Below are positions 48,883 to 59,963 of a stretch of 64,000 nt of DNA, piece after piece. Position 1 is the stretch's first letter. Each line of letters starts with the position of its first letter. Source of the stretch: an uncultured Phycisphaerales bacterium (lineage in GTDB: Bacteria > Planctomycetota > Phycisphaerae > Sedimentisphaerales > Anaerobacaceae); NCBI GenBank assembly GCA_963772725.1, contig CAVYYI010000003.1:800001-864000 (forward strand). The letters run 5' to 3'. The position numbers were made by a program, and so were the translations under genes. A model generated the notes under the pieces. That model had not been told where the DNA came from. It worked only from the letters and a program-made list of their open reading frames with translations, and did not search any database.

Positions 48883-49501
48883 TTTCCGGTTATTCCTTAT
48901 CGATTGGTTAATACCAATCAGTACGATCGTACTAATAGATGGAAGTTTATAAACTTTTTGCTGATGCAGTATATATTGAGGCCGAGAGCAGGCGTTTTAA
49001 AAACGCTCTTGGAAAGGAGCGTTTATCGAAACAACGCCGGATTCGAGGCCGACTATATTAAAGTCGCATCAGTAATAAAATGCCGTCGGTGACAGAACAT
49101 TTTTTATTTGTGGAAACTACAAATGTGATAAAATTATTGCAGAAATATTTGCAATCTAATTGTAAAAGTAATCGAAGTTAAAATGATATAGCAACAGCTA
49201 AGAAATTCTTTTAAGGCTTTTTATCCTTAAAGGGCTAATCTGCCTGAAATACCTTATTTCCGGGCGCAATAAGCCAATTTTAAAGGTTTGTTGAAATTCA
49301 AGTTTTTAAAAAACCGGGTTGTTTCCTGCTTAAGCTTTTTCAGGTGTATAAGCATTTGTCAGGATTGAACTGGTTTTGTGAGCTTTGAATTTTTGTAACC
49401 TTATGTTTCTATTAAGACTTTGAGGTTTAAATACTTTTCGGTCATCGGAGTCCGAGAAGAAGATTTATAAACTCACGAGATTTCACATTTGTAGGGAAAA
49501 G

Positions 49502-50101
49502 ATGGAAGACCAAATAATTTCTACTACACAGAACAAGAAATCATCAAAGAAATATGAACGTTTCGGAGAAATAATTCGCCATTTTACAGTCGAGGAAACC
49601 AACCAGCTCTTTGATTCCATAGACAATTACACACACAAGCTTATTTTCGAAATAATTTATGAACTTGGCTGTCGAGTAGGTGAATTTGTGAGAATTCAGG
49701 TTAAGCATTTAAACTTTAGCAGAAGCACTGTTTTCTTTCCTGCTGAAAATACAAAGACAAAACATGCAAGGATAAGTTATCTGCCAAAAGGCTTGACCAA
49801 TGAAATCAAAAGCATGTTGAAGCAGAAAGGTTTAATGAGTAAGCGAGGTGATATGAGTAAGAATGCCGGAGGCCTACCTATTTCACCCCGGAAGACGTTG
49901 GAATAAGCCATATACACCAAACAGAATCAGGCAGATATTTCAGCATTATGTTACTAAAGCCAGCTTACAACAGGTCTATGGCAAGGATAGTTTAGGCGGA
50001 AATCTAAAAATGTTCACGGTTCATAGTTTAAGACATTCGTATATATATGGATACATTTTAGATATAAATGTGCCTTTGCCAATTGTCCAGAGGCAAGTAG
50101 G
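49502..50101 (+). pseudogene. Tyrosine recombinase, frameshifted and 3'-truncated
   Basis: LGCRVGE, HSLRHS; similarity ends at VQRQVG before the box II His/Tyr. Confidence 0.85.
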
Positions 50102-50317
50102 GCCGGGCACTGCGCCCTTGGTATGCCTTTTGAACGGGCACAAACCCAGCAACTATTAAGTCCAGTGCTATACGGTGCTGCCTTGGTACGGAACCGTGTG
50201 ACCCTGTAATAAATTATCTTTCAAATAATAACTTACAATCACTTCAGTATAACCAAAAAAAATTTATGTCAATTTATTATTTTATAAACATGCTAAATAC
50301 GGTGATAAAAATCTTTA

Positions 50318-50393
50318 GAACCTCTAACATAATGAACAAAAATAGCGTTTTTAGTATCAAAACAGGCATCTGTACTCTTTTTGTTAAACGCTC
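50318..50393. mobile_element. MITE family B, copy 1 (76 bp)
   Basis: gaacctctaaca...tgttaaacgctc; inverted copy at 58805-58880. Confidence 0.8.
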
Positions 50394-50404
50394 TAAATGT
50401 ATCT

Positions 50405-50492
50405 GTCGCAAAATTATCCTAAATTTCCGCAAAATGGCATTGTAACTATTACTTAAAACTCAGACAATAAAATGTTCACCCTCGAGAAATTT
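50405..50492 (+). promoter_or_regulatory. Duplicated promoter with CGCAAAAT direct repeats 21 bp apart
   Basis: Near-identical block at 58556-58652. Confidence 0.7.
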
Positions 50493-50535
50493 AAATGGTG
50501 AATAGTGATTAATATTTCTTTATTAGGAGAACCAA

Positions 50536-52046
50536 ATGATTCAGTTGCTTAGCAAAAAAATCCTACACTCGATGTTAATGTTAATCGTGATTGCCGGGAT
50601 GGCTGGCGGAGCGACTGCCCCCAAAAAATCTTACGAACCAACATGGAATTCCCTGAAGAACTATCGCACGCCGCAGTGGCTACGGGATGGTAAGTTTGGT
50701 ATTTACACTCACTGGGGAGTGTATTCCGTGCCGGCTCAAGGCCCGAACGGCACCTGGTTTGCCAACCGCGCCTATGCGAATGACCAGGGGCCGCAACGAA
50801 AATACTGGGAGGCTACCTATGGCCCGCTGGAGAAATTCGGCTATAAAGATTTAATTCCCATGTTCACTGGTGAGAAGTTCAATGCCGATGAGTGGGCAGA
50901 TCTTTTCCAAAAGGCGGGAGCCGCTTTGCCGGACCAGTGGCGGAGCATCACGACGGGTTCTCCATGTGGGACACCAAGTACTCTGAGTGGAACGCTGCTA
51001 AAATGGGTCCTAAGCGGGATGTGGTGGGCGAACTTGCCAAAGCTATCAAAAAACGCAACATGAAATTCGTCACCGCTTTTCATCATGCTGAGAACTGGTT
51101 CTACTTTCCAACATGGGATAAGCGCTACGATTGCAGTGACCCCCGTTACTCAGGTCTTTATGGACCCATCCATGAAAAGGGTGCTCTGCCCGATAAAGCC
51201 TTTCTCGATAAGTGGAAGGGCAAGATCATCGAAGTTATTGATAAATATGACCCGGACTTCATCTGGTTCGACTTCGGACTAAACTCGGTCACCGATACCT
51301 ACAAGCAGGAAATGCTCGCCTATTATTATAATTATGCTTCTGCGCATAAAAAAGAAGTCGTGGTCACATACAAATCGCATGACTTGCCTCCGGGTGTTGC
51401 CCTCCTCGATTGGGAATTAGGTCAGGAACCAGACCTGGCTTACTACGATTGGATAACAGACACCTCAATTGATAGTGGACAGGGATGGGGATATGTTAAG
51501 GGACTGGGATTCAAGTCAGTGGACAACCTCGTCGATAACCTTGTGGATCGGGTCAGCAAGAACGGTTACTTGTTGCTCAATGTCGGCCCGAAGCCTGACG
51601 GCACCATCCCGGAGGAGGCCAAAGTGCGATTGCTGGGTTTGGGAAAATGGCTTCAGGTCAACGGTGAAGCCATCTATGGCACAACTTGTTGGGGAGTTGC
51701 CGGAGAGGGCCCGGCTCAGATAAATAAACCCAGTGAATATGGATTTAACGAGAAGAACGATATCCTTTATACTGGCCAAGACATCCGCTTCACGATTAAG
51801 GACAACAACCTGTACGCTATTGCTCTCGCCTGGCCTGGCGAAAAGGTGCTCATCAAAAGCCTGGCCCCCAAAGGGCGAAGTTGGGCTGGGTTGTATCCGT
51901 CGGAAATCGCCTCCATTACGATGCTCGGGGATGGCAAGGAACTTAAGTGGGAGATGACAAAACAAGGTCTGAGTATTGAAACCCCGAAAATGAAACCGTG
52001 TGATTATGCTTTTGTTTTCAAGATCGTGCGCAAAAACCCGTTTTGA
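50536..52046 (+). CDS. Secreted GH29 alpha-L-fucosidase, one frameshift
   Basis: Signal peptide; KFGIYTHWG, AEHHDGF, IWFDFG, VSKNGYLLLNVGP. Confidence 0.95.
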
Positions 52047-52211
52047 GCGGCCTTGAAAGATTTTAGATGAGGGTCCGAACTTCGCCGGAAAATTTATGTC
52101 ACGTGTGATATTGCCGAGTTCTGGACATAAATTAGATTTGAATACGATTGCAGAGAGATGAGTAATAAGATATTATAAAATTAAATAGGAAACCACTTTC
52201 AAGAGATAGCT

Positions 52212-52634
52212 ATGAAAGAAGTTGGAATGATAAACGGTCAGATTGATTCGGCCCTCAACCGTCAGGGGCACATGGATCTGATGATGGTGGTGGATGCGGG
52301 TTTTCCGTGTCCGGACCAGGTGGAGTTGATTGATATCGCGCTGTCAGAGGGTGTACCGCAGATTCTCGATGTGCTTGCAGAACTGCGAAAGTTTCATTCC
52401 GTGGAGAAGCTCGTGATTGCCAAGGAAACCGAGCAGCACAATCCGGCCTATTTTAGAAAGGCTGCTGAAGCGTTCGGTGACGGTGTGGAGCTGGAAGTGA
52501 TTCCGCACGCTGAATTAAAACAACGCAGTCATCACGTCAAGACGATAATCAGAACCGGGGATTTTACTGCCTGGGGGAATATCATGTTGGTCTCAGGTGC
52601 CGGCAAGCGATGGCATATAGAAAGGAAGGATTAG
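52212..52634 (+). CDS. RbsD/FucU family pyranase/mutarotase
   Basis: GHMDLMMVVDAGFP, IRTGDFTAWGNI. Confidence 0.92.
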   Translation: MKEVGMINGQIDSALNRQGHMDLMMVVDAGFPCPDQVELIDIALSEGVPQILDVLAELRKFHSVEKLVIAKETEQHNPAYFRKAAEAFGDGVELEVIPHAELKQRSHHVKTIIRTGDFTAWGNIMLVSGAGKRWHIERKD

Positions 52635-52636
52635 TC

Positions 52637-54328
52637 ATGGGTACAATTAATGCGTTCGATCTGTCCGTGATCATTGCTTATATGCTCGGTATCACCATCA
52701 TTGGCATCTGGGTGGGCTACCGGCGACATGCATCCAGCAAGCAATATTTCCTGGCCGACAAGTCGTTGGGTTGGTTCACTATCGGTGCGGCGATGTTCGC
52801 CTCAAATATATCTACGATTCACCTGGTGGGGCTTGCTGCATCCGGCGCTGACCAGGGGCTGGTGATCGGCAACTTTGAGTGGATGGCGTCCTTTTGCCTT
52901 ATTATTCTCGGACTGGTCTTCGCTCCATTCTACTTCCGCAGCCGGATCACTACATTGCCGGAGTTTCTCGAGAAGCGATACGGGGTCGGCACCCGGGCTT
53001 TTCTGGCATTTGTTGGTATCATGGGCGCACTGCTGATCCACATCGGCATCAGCATGTTTGCCGCAGCTGAAGTGTTCGAGAGTTTCCTCGGGATTGGCAA
53101 GATGACTTCCATTGCGGTGATTTCCGTGGTCACCGTGCTTTACACAGTCCTTGGAGGTCTCAAAGCGGTTGTTGTGACGGAGACGATACAGACGTTCCTG
53201 TTGCTTGGCGGCGCCGTGCTGATGGCCGTGCTCGGACTGTGTTACCTGCCCCAGGTGGGAATTCATGATTTCGCTGCATTCAAAGCTGCGCTCAAGCCCG
53301 AACAATTAAGCATGATTCACCCGATCCGCGATGCCCAGGGTCACCTAAACAGTTTCTCCTGGCTGGCCGTCTTGCTCGGCTACCCGATACTGGGAATCTG
53401 GTACTGGTGTTCTGACCAGACCATCGTCCAGCGGGTGCTCGGGGCAAATAACCAGCGTGATGCACAAAACGGCCCGCTGTTTGCCGGTTTTCTGAAAATC
53501 CTACCGCTGTTCCTCATGGTGCTTCCTGGCGTGATCGGCTACATCATGTTCAAGAATGGAGCGATCCACCTGCCGCAGACGGAAAGCGGACCGGACTATA
53601 ACAAGGTTCTGCCCGAAATGATCAAGACGCTGGTGCCCCAGGGCCTGAGAGGATTCCTGGCCGCAGGAATGCTGGCTGCCCTGATCGGCACGATTGCCTC
53701 AGCCCTCAACAGTTGCGCGACGATGATCTCGGTGGATATCGTCAAGAAGCTGCGCCCGTCTATCGACGACCGGCGGCAGGTGACAATTGGCCGCGTCAGC
53801 ACCGGCGTGGTCATGGTACTGGCGATGCTTTGGTCCACGCAGGGTGGACAGTTCGGAACAATTTTCGAGGCGATCAACAAAATACCCATGGTCTTTGCGC
53901 CGGCGGTGACAACACTGTTCGTTCTGGGCGTATTCTGGCGGCGCGGCACCAACGCGGCGGCATTGACGACTTGCGCAACCGGGTGCGGTATCGGTATCGT
54001 TTACTTCATCCTGGACATGCCGAGCATTGGGAAGGCGATTCTCAACGGTCAGGCGAGAGTGGGCTTCGAGGGACTGGTCACCGACCCCATGCAGGGGCTT
54101 GGCATTCCATTCATGCTGGTTGGCCCGATGATCGCCGCGTTGTGCGTTGTGATATTCGTGGTCGTCAGCCTGCTGACACCTGCTCCTGCGCAGGATCGTA
54201 TTAAGGACGTATGCTGGGAGCACCCGTTGGCGATGCTCCGGGGCCGGCTTGCCGGCTGGGGTGACCCGCGCATTGTAGCGTCGGTGCTGGTTGTGGTGAT
54301 GGTAGTGCTGTATGCAATTTTACACTGA
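52637..54328 (+). CDS. Sodium:solute symporter (sugar)
   Basis: FASNIST, TLPEFLEKRY, YWCSDQTIVQR. Confidence 0.95.
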   Translation: MGTINAFDLSVIIAYMLGITIIGIWVGYRRHASSKQYFLADKSLGWFTIGAAMFASNISTIHLVGLAASGADQGLVIGNFEWMASFCLIILGLVFAPFYFRSRITTLPEFLEKRYGVGTRAFLAFVGIMGALLIHIGISMFAAAEVFESFLGIGKMTSIAVISVVTVLYTVLGGLKAVVVTETIQTFLLLGGAVLMAVLGLCYLPQVGIHDFAAFKAALKPEQLSMIHPIRDAQGHLNSFSWLAVLLGYPILGIWYWCSDQTIVQRVLGANNQRDAQNGPLFAGFLKILPLFLMVLPGVIGYIMFKNGAIHLPQTESGPDYNKVLPEMIKTLVPQGLRGFLAAGMLAALIGTIASALNSCATMISVDIVKKLRPSIDDRRQVTIGRVSTGVVMVLAMLWSTQGGQFGTIFEAINKIPMVFAPAVTTLFVLGVFWRRGTNAAALTTCATGCGIGIVYFILDMPSIGKAILNGQARVGFEGLVTDPMQGLGIPFMLVGPMIAALCVVIFVVVSLLTPAPAQDRIKDVCWEHPLAMLRGRLAGWGDPRIVASVLVVVMVVLYAILH

Positions 54329-54382
54329 CAGTCTGTCGGCATTTGACTTGGGTCCAGCCAAAAGGATCGACCAAATGGTTAA

Positions 54383-55205
54383 AAGACTTTTGCAAAATGA
54401 GTGATTTTTAGCAGGAGTCAGAGCAGATAAATGACATAATTGCAGTGGAATTGATGGTTATTGCAACGTGAGTATGGATTTTGAGATTTTTTGAGGCCAA
54501 AAAGCCTCATTAACGACAGAGCATCCCCGAGAGTTCTGTCATAGCCCTTTGAAAAGTTAATCGTTCAATGTCAACGGACACAAAGAATAGTGCGTAGTCT
54601 GTTCGGCCTCACGATCTCCGAGCCGCACAAAATACTGTTCAGCTGATTCTCTTTGCCTGAATGTCTTCTTGAATTCATTTGAATCCCTTGGAACACAAAA
54701 ACGTGCATCATCTGTGACATTAATGTACTTGGTGCAGCCGTAACATTTGCCGGTATTGAAAGATGGCCGATTTACCCGGACAGGCATTGTTGTATTTTTC
54801 GGCGGCCTTTTTGGTAAACAGGTTTTGAATCGATGATGAGTGTATCCATGCTTACCAGTCCCTGTTCGATAAGACGCTGATTGAGTCGATGATGAATATT
54901 TTTCAGGATGGCGTGTTGTGAGTGTCCGGTTCTGCCGATGCCGTGGTTTTGGTCGGGCAGGATGGAAAGGTTGAGGGCTTGAAAGAGATAGAAGTACTTT
55001 CGCAGCAGCGATGAATTTCTGACAAGCTCCTGGAGGTCATAAAATAGTGACGTTTGAACGTGATACATAAAAAAATCACCTTTATTTTGGTTGTAAGTCC
55101 TTTTACTGACAACGCTTACATAATATCCAAAATGGAGGAGATTGCAAGAAAAATAATGACATAAGTCGTTATTTAACAAATATTTATGAATTTTACAGAA
55201 GGCTT
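54383..55205 (-). mobile_element. Internally deleted copy of the IS at 59964-61618
   Basis: Same IRs (aagacttttgcaaaat / attttacagaaggctt) and transposase fragments. Confidence 0.88.
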
Positions 55206-55225
55206 TTCTAAGATTATTAAAGGAG

Positions 55226-56251
55226 ATGACAATGCGACAGGCAGTAATGATAAATCCAGGAGTAATTGAATTTAAAAGTGTCCCAAATCCTAAGGTGGGT
55301 CCAGGTGAAATAGTCCTACATATTAAGCAGATAGGGATATGTGGTTCAGATATTCACGTCTGGCACGGTAAGCATCCCTTTACTTCCTATCCTATTGTTC
55401 AGGGCCATGAATATTGCGGTATTGTGGAACAAGTCGGCTCCGATGTAAAAGGCATAGAGCCTGGTATGCTGGCGACGGCCAGACCTCAACTTGTATGTGG
55501 CAAATGCAACCCATGTAAAAGAGGTGATTATAATGTCTGTGAACTATTAAAGGTTCAGGGTTTCCAGGCAAATGGCTGTGCGCAGGATTACTTTGTGACA
55601 GTAAAACAAAGATTCATTCCCTTACCTGATAACCTTACATTTGATCAGGGTGCTATGGTAGAACCTTTTGCAGTAGGGGCACATTCTACCGCAAGAGCAG
55701 GGGAGCTTAGCGGTAAAAATGTCGTTGTTTTCGGAGCTGGTATGATCGGTAATGTTGTTGCCCAGTTTTGCCTTGCAAGAGGTGCAAAGAATTTACTTAT
55801 AACAGATGTAAGTGATTATCGCCTTGGGATCGCACAAAAGTGCGGCATCGAGAATACTTCAAACGTATCTAAGGGAAAATTTACTGAGGCAGTTAAGCGT
55901 GTCTTTGGCAATGAAGGCTTTCAAATAGCTCTGGAAGCCGCTGGCGCTGAGCCTGCACTTACAGCGGCAGTTGATAATATTGAAAAAGGTGGCCGTGTTG
56001 TTATTCTCGGCGTTTTTGGCTCGCCGCCTCATGTCAATATGGCTAAGGTCTGTGAGCATGAAATAAGCGTAGTAGGATCTATGATGTACAAGCATCAGGA
56101 TTACATTGAAGCGGCTGAGATGATAGCGACCGGCAAGGTTATAACTAAACCTCTTGTAACAAAACACTTTCCTTTTGAACAATATTCCGATGCTTATAAA
56201 TTTATTGACACTGAAGGCGATAAAACAATGAAGGTTATGATCGATTTGTAG
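55226..56251 (+). CDS. Zn-dependent polyol/sugar dehydrogenase (MDR)
   Basis: GICGSD, GHEY, CGKCNPC...C, GAGMIG. Confidence 0.93.
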   Translation: MTMRQAVMINPGVIEFKSVPNPKVGPGEIVLHIKQIGICGSDIHVWHGKHPFTSYPIVQGHEYCGIVEQVGSDVKGIEPGMLATARPQLVCGKCNPCKRGDYNVCELLKVQGFQANGCAQDYFVTVKQRFIPLPDNLTFDQGAMVEPFAVGAHSTARAGELSGKNVVVFGAGMIGNVVAQFCLARGAKNLLITDVSDYRLGIAQKCGIENTSNVSKGKFTEAVKRVFGNEGFQIALEAAGAEPALTAAVDNIEKGGRVVILGVFGSPPHVNMAKVCEHEISVVGSMMYKHQDYIEAAEMIATGKVITKPLVTKHFPFEQYSDAYKFIDTEGDKTMKVMIDL

Positions 56252-56306
56252 GAGGAGGGAGAGGACAATTTGTAGCTGTGGTAAAAAAGATAAAAAGATC
56301 ACCAAT

Positions 56307-56430
56307 TTAATCAAGATTGAACACCTCTTCCATATTTGCCCACCATTCAACTTGCGACCTCGATTTAAATGGTTTATGACAGGGTTTGCATACGTCCCAC
56401 CACTTCTGTTGTCGGATCTGCTGCCAGGGC
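56307..56430 (-). pseudogene. L-rhamnose mutarotase C-terminal remnant
   Basis: KWWDVCKPCHKP...EWWANMEEVFNLD. Confidence 0.65.
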
Positions 56431-56529
56431 TCTTCGCAGGTTTCACTTGGCTGCAGTTCGGCGACAAAGCCCTGGTTGAAGATTCTGTTTAAGACCTTAG
56501 ATACGCCGTTTACCATTCCTAATCACGGC

Positions 56530-56826
56530 AATGCCGACTTTAACAATGACGGGAATGTTGATATTATAGCAATTAAAGAAAACATATAACCTTGATATAG
56601 CTCGGTTGTTAAGAAGTAGAGCAGCTTTGATAGATTCGTAGCGGCTACTTATCCACAAAAATTGATATAAATGGTACGGCTATACCTTTTCTTGCATTGC
56701 TATAATGACTTGCGGATTCTCACGTCGAACTGGCTGGAGCAGGGCAGTAATCTGGCAGGGGATCTAAACAACGATACCAGGGTTGATTTTCATGATTTCG
56801 CCAGATTGGCTGGTTACTGTCGGTAA
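56530..56826 (+). pseudogene. Dockerin-like (EF-hand) repeat remnant interrupted by a MITE
   Basis: Removing the MITE gives ADFNNDGNVDINDLRILTSNWL...GDLNNDTRVDFHDF. Confidence 0.75.
56565..56704. mobile_element. MITE family A, copy 2
   Basis: Similar to 19662-19800; TA duplication. Confidence 0.85.
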
Positions 56827-56970
56827 TCCAGACTTACGAGCTTTGGATTGCATTGACCATATTGGAACTGGTAAAAGCTTAATTTCTTTTTGGTTTTGGA
56901 ACACACTTCTTTATAATCGATATCCAGGGTCTCAAAATGAGAAGATTTAAAAGGATTAATAATATTGACA

Positions 56971-57298
56971 TTAACATATTCGCAAGTCGCAAAATATCAG
57001 TATCAAAGAAAGAACAAGATATTTCTCTATAAGCTTACGGTCTTTCCAGTTGACATACTTGACCGAATTGCGAATCATATGAACAATGCAAAGCTGAATC
57101 TGGGTATTGGGAAAAACGCTTTCAATGGCCTCAGGAAAGCCTTTTAAGCCATCCACGCAGGCAATGAATATATCCTTTACTCCGCGATTGTAAAGCTCGG
57201 TAATTACGCCAAGCCAGAACTTGGCGCCTTCAGACTGAGCTATCCAAATACCCAAAAGCTCCTTCTGGCCTTCCATATTTATACCAAGTGCCAGATAT
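56971..57298 (-). pseudogene. IS256-family transposase fragment
   Basis: [35 protein letters not shown]. Confidence 0.88.
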
Positions 57299-58479
57299 TC
57301 ACTTCCTTTTATTACGAATACTTTTGCGAAACTCCGTAGGAGTAAGCCCTTTTTCTTGGGAAAAGTATCTGTCAATATGCTGGTGATTAGTAAAACCAAG
57401 GTAAAACGCTATTTGATCGATAGTGTCATCTGTGTTGAGAAGCATCTGCGTTACTTTTGCAGTGCGAAATTTGACAATCTGTTTGTGGATTGAAGTTCCA
57501 AGAATTTGTATAAACTTTCGTTCAAGTGTTCGACGTGACACGGCAATACTTTCTGCTATCATATCAACATACAAAGCTTTGTGACAATTGTTACGAATAA
57601 ACTGCATTGCTTTTGCGACGACTGGGTCTTCCACAGCCAGAATATCAGTTGAATGTCGATGAACTATATGTGTAGGGCCAAACATTACTTTAAGCTGACC
57701 TTTCGAAGGTTTGCCCCGTATCATTTTTTCTAACAAAGCAGCGCTTTAAAACCTGCCGCCTCTGAATTAAATGCTACACTCGATAAATTGGGATAGCATA
57801 AGTCACAAATCAGTTCGTCATTATCTGCTCCAATGATGGCAATATCATCCGGGACTCTGCGATTTGTTGTTTTACAGGCCTGAAGAACCTGCTCGCTGCG
57901 CTCATCAGCACAAGCCATCAATCCGGCAGGAGATGGTAAACTTTTAAGCCATTCTTCAAGGAATGGCTGTTCTTTTTCCCATAAAAGGCCGCTGGCTATA
58001 GGTGGCTGTTTATAGATTTTTACTTCATAACCAGCTTCTTTGACTGCGGCACAAAATCCTTCACACCGGAGTCGCGACCAGTACATATGATCGAATCCGC
58101 AATAAGCATAATTTTTGAAGCCCAGATCAATCAGGTGTTTAGCGGCCATTCGTCCGATGCCGTTATGATCCCCGACAATATTTCCACAGCCGGAAATCTC
58201 TTCTTCTGATTCGGAAGAAATAACGACCGGAATATTACCAGGGATTTTGTTAGCAAATCCTTGAGTTTCGCGTAAGATGATTCCATCAGCACCCCAGTCA
58301 TCTGCCATCATAAGAGCAGTATCCTTACCATAAGGGTCACAGTAAGCAGGAGGTATTCGATATGTTTCCCATGGACCATAAGTGTTTGCATAATGCGTAA
58401 TGCCGCGTATCAAGTTACGATCAAAAGCTCTGGATGTTTCAATTAAAATCATGATTCTCAATAGATGTTTATGCGTCAT
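57299..58479 (-). CDS. XylR-type regulator (LacI-like sensor plus AraC HTH), one frameshift
   Basis: [37 protein letters not shown]. Confidence 0.9.
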
Positions 58480-58555
58480 TTTATGCCTCCTAAAAATAAA
58501 CTATTAGTTTTTGTATTATAGTATATCACGTTGTCAGCCTTAAAACAAGTTTGTT

Positions 58556-58652
58556 GTCGCAAAATTATCCTATATTTCCGCAAAATGGTATTGTAACTAT
58601 TACTTAAAACTCCGACAATTAAGAAAAAATAGTGCTTACCCTCGAGAAATTT
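58556..58652 (+). promoter_or_regulatory. Second copy of the CGCAAAAT direct-repeat promoter
   Basis: Matches 50405-50492; divergent from the XylR-type gene. Confidence 0.7.
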
Positions 58653-58680
58653 GAATGGCAAGGAGCGGGAGTAATTATTT

Positions 58681-58742
58681 ATGAAACGAGTTAAGGGTTT
58701 CACTTTAATTGAGTTATTAGTAGTAATCGCTATTATCGCGAT
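58681..58742 (+). pseudogene. Prepilin N-terminal methylation motif fragment
   Basis: MKRVKGFTLIELLVVIAIIA, then truncated. Confidence 0.75.
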
Positions 58743-58804
58743 GCCGATAAGAGAAACTTGGAAGATAGGAATCTGCGTTCAATCTGGTCATGAACAATTA
58801 CTAA

Positions 58805-58880
58805 GAGCGTCTAACAAAAAGAGTACAGATGTCTGTTTTTATACTATAAACGCCATTTTCGTTCATTATGTTAGAGGTTC
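58805..58880. mobile_element. MITE family B, copy 2
   Basis: TAA on both flanks; reverse complement of 50318-50393. Confidence 0.82.
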
Positions 58881-58933
58881 TAAGGGATGAGCTTAAACCA
58901 GCTTAGATCTTGAATTGAAGAAGGAGTTTTGTA

Positions 58934-59917
58934 ATGGCATTATATGGCGCAATTGAAGCGGGCGGAACGAAGTTTATCTGTGCGATAGCGGGTGCATTTG
59001 ATGATATAAAGTCTCAAATCAGTTTACCTACGGAAACCCCTGAAAAGACGTTTTCAGCGGTGACGGCATATTTCGAGAATTTTCAGAAAAGCTCAGGAAC
59101 AAGATTGGATTCGCTGGGAATCGCGTGCTTCGGCCCACTGGATTTGAACAAGAATAGTAAGACATACGGATTTATTACGACAACTCCCAAGGCGGGTTGG
59201 GGTAATACGGATGTAACAAATACCCTTGGAAAGCGTCTAAAGGTTCCTGTAGGTTTTGACACAGATGTTAATGCCGCAGCCTTGGCAGAGTATTTATGGG
59301 GTGCCGGCAAGGGGCTGGATGTAGTTTTATATCTGACCGTAGGTACTGGTATAGGCGGCGGATTATATGTTAATGGGAAACTGCTGCACGGATTAATGCA
59401 TCCTGAAATGGGGCATGTGCTGATTCAGCAGAACAAAGTTGCAGATAAATTCCCAAGCTGCTGTCCATTCCATAATGGGTGTCTGGAAGGATTGGCTTCT
59501 GGACATGCCGTTGATTTGCGATGGAAATGTCACGCATCTGAACTGCCGGATAATCATCCTGCATGGGAACTGGAAGCTGATTACCTTGCACAGGGATTGA
59601 TGAATTACATAATGACAGTATCACCCAAGAAGATAATTCTGAGTGGTGGTTTGATGAACAAGCAGCAGTTATATCCTCTTATCCGCAGGAAAGTATTTGG
59701 AAAATTGAACGGTTATATTCCGGTGCTTTCACTTGAAAAAGATATGGATAATTATATTGTCAGCCCCGGATTAGGCGACAAGGCTGGTATTTGCGGTGCT
59801 ATTGCGCTTGCTATGGGCGTGAAACAGATTCCTGGTAGAGACATAAACTTAAGAAATTCAGAACTAAATAAAGACTTTTGCAAAATAGAGGAGATTGCAA
59901 GAAAAATAATGATATAA
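58934..59917 (+). CDS. ROK-family sugar kinase (fructokinase-like)
   Basis: IEAGGTKF, DTDVN, TVGTGIGGG, HPEMGH, CPFHNGCLEGLASG. Confidence 0.93.
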   Translation: MALYGAIEAGGTKFICAIAGAFDDIKSQISLPTETPEKTFSAVTAYFENFQKSSGTRLDSLGIACFGPLDLNKNSKTYGFITTTPKAGWGNTDVTNTLGKRLKVPVGFDTDVNAAALAEYLWGAGKGLDVVLYLTVGTGIGGGLYVNGKLLHGLMHPEMGHVLIQQNKVADKFPSCCPFHNGCLEGLASGHAVDLRWKCHASELPDNHPAWELEADYLAQGLMNYIMTVSPKKIILSGGLMNKQQLYPLIRRKVFGKLNGYIPVLSLEKDMDNYIVSPGLGDKAGICGAIALAMGVKQIPGRDINLRNSELNKDFCKIEEIARKIMI

Positions 59918-59958
59918 CTCATTATTTTACAAATAGTTATAAATTTTATAGAAGTCTT
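59871..59958. mobile_element. 88-bp MITE made of the two ends of the adjacent IS
   Basis: aagacttttgcaaaat...attttatagaagtctt. Confidence 0.78.
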
Positions 59959-59963
59959 GCTTA

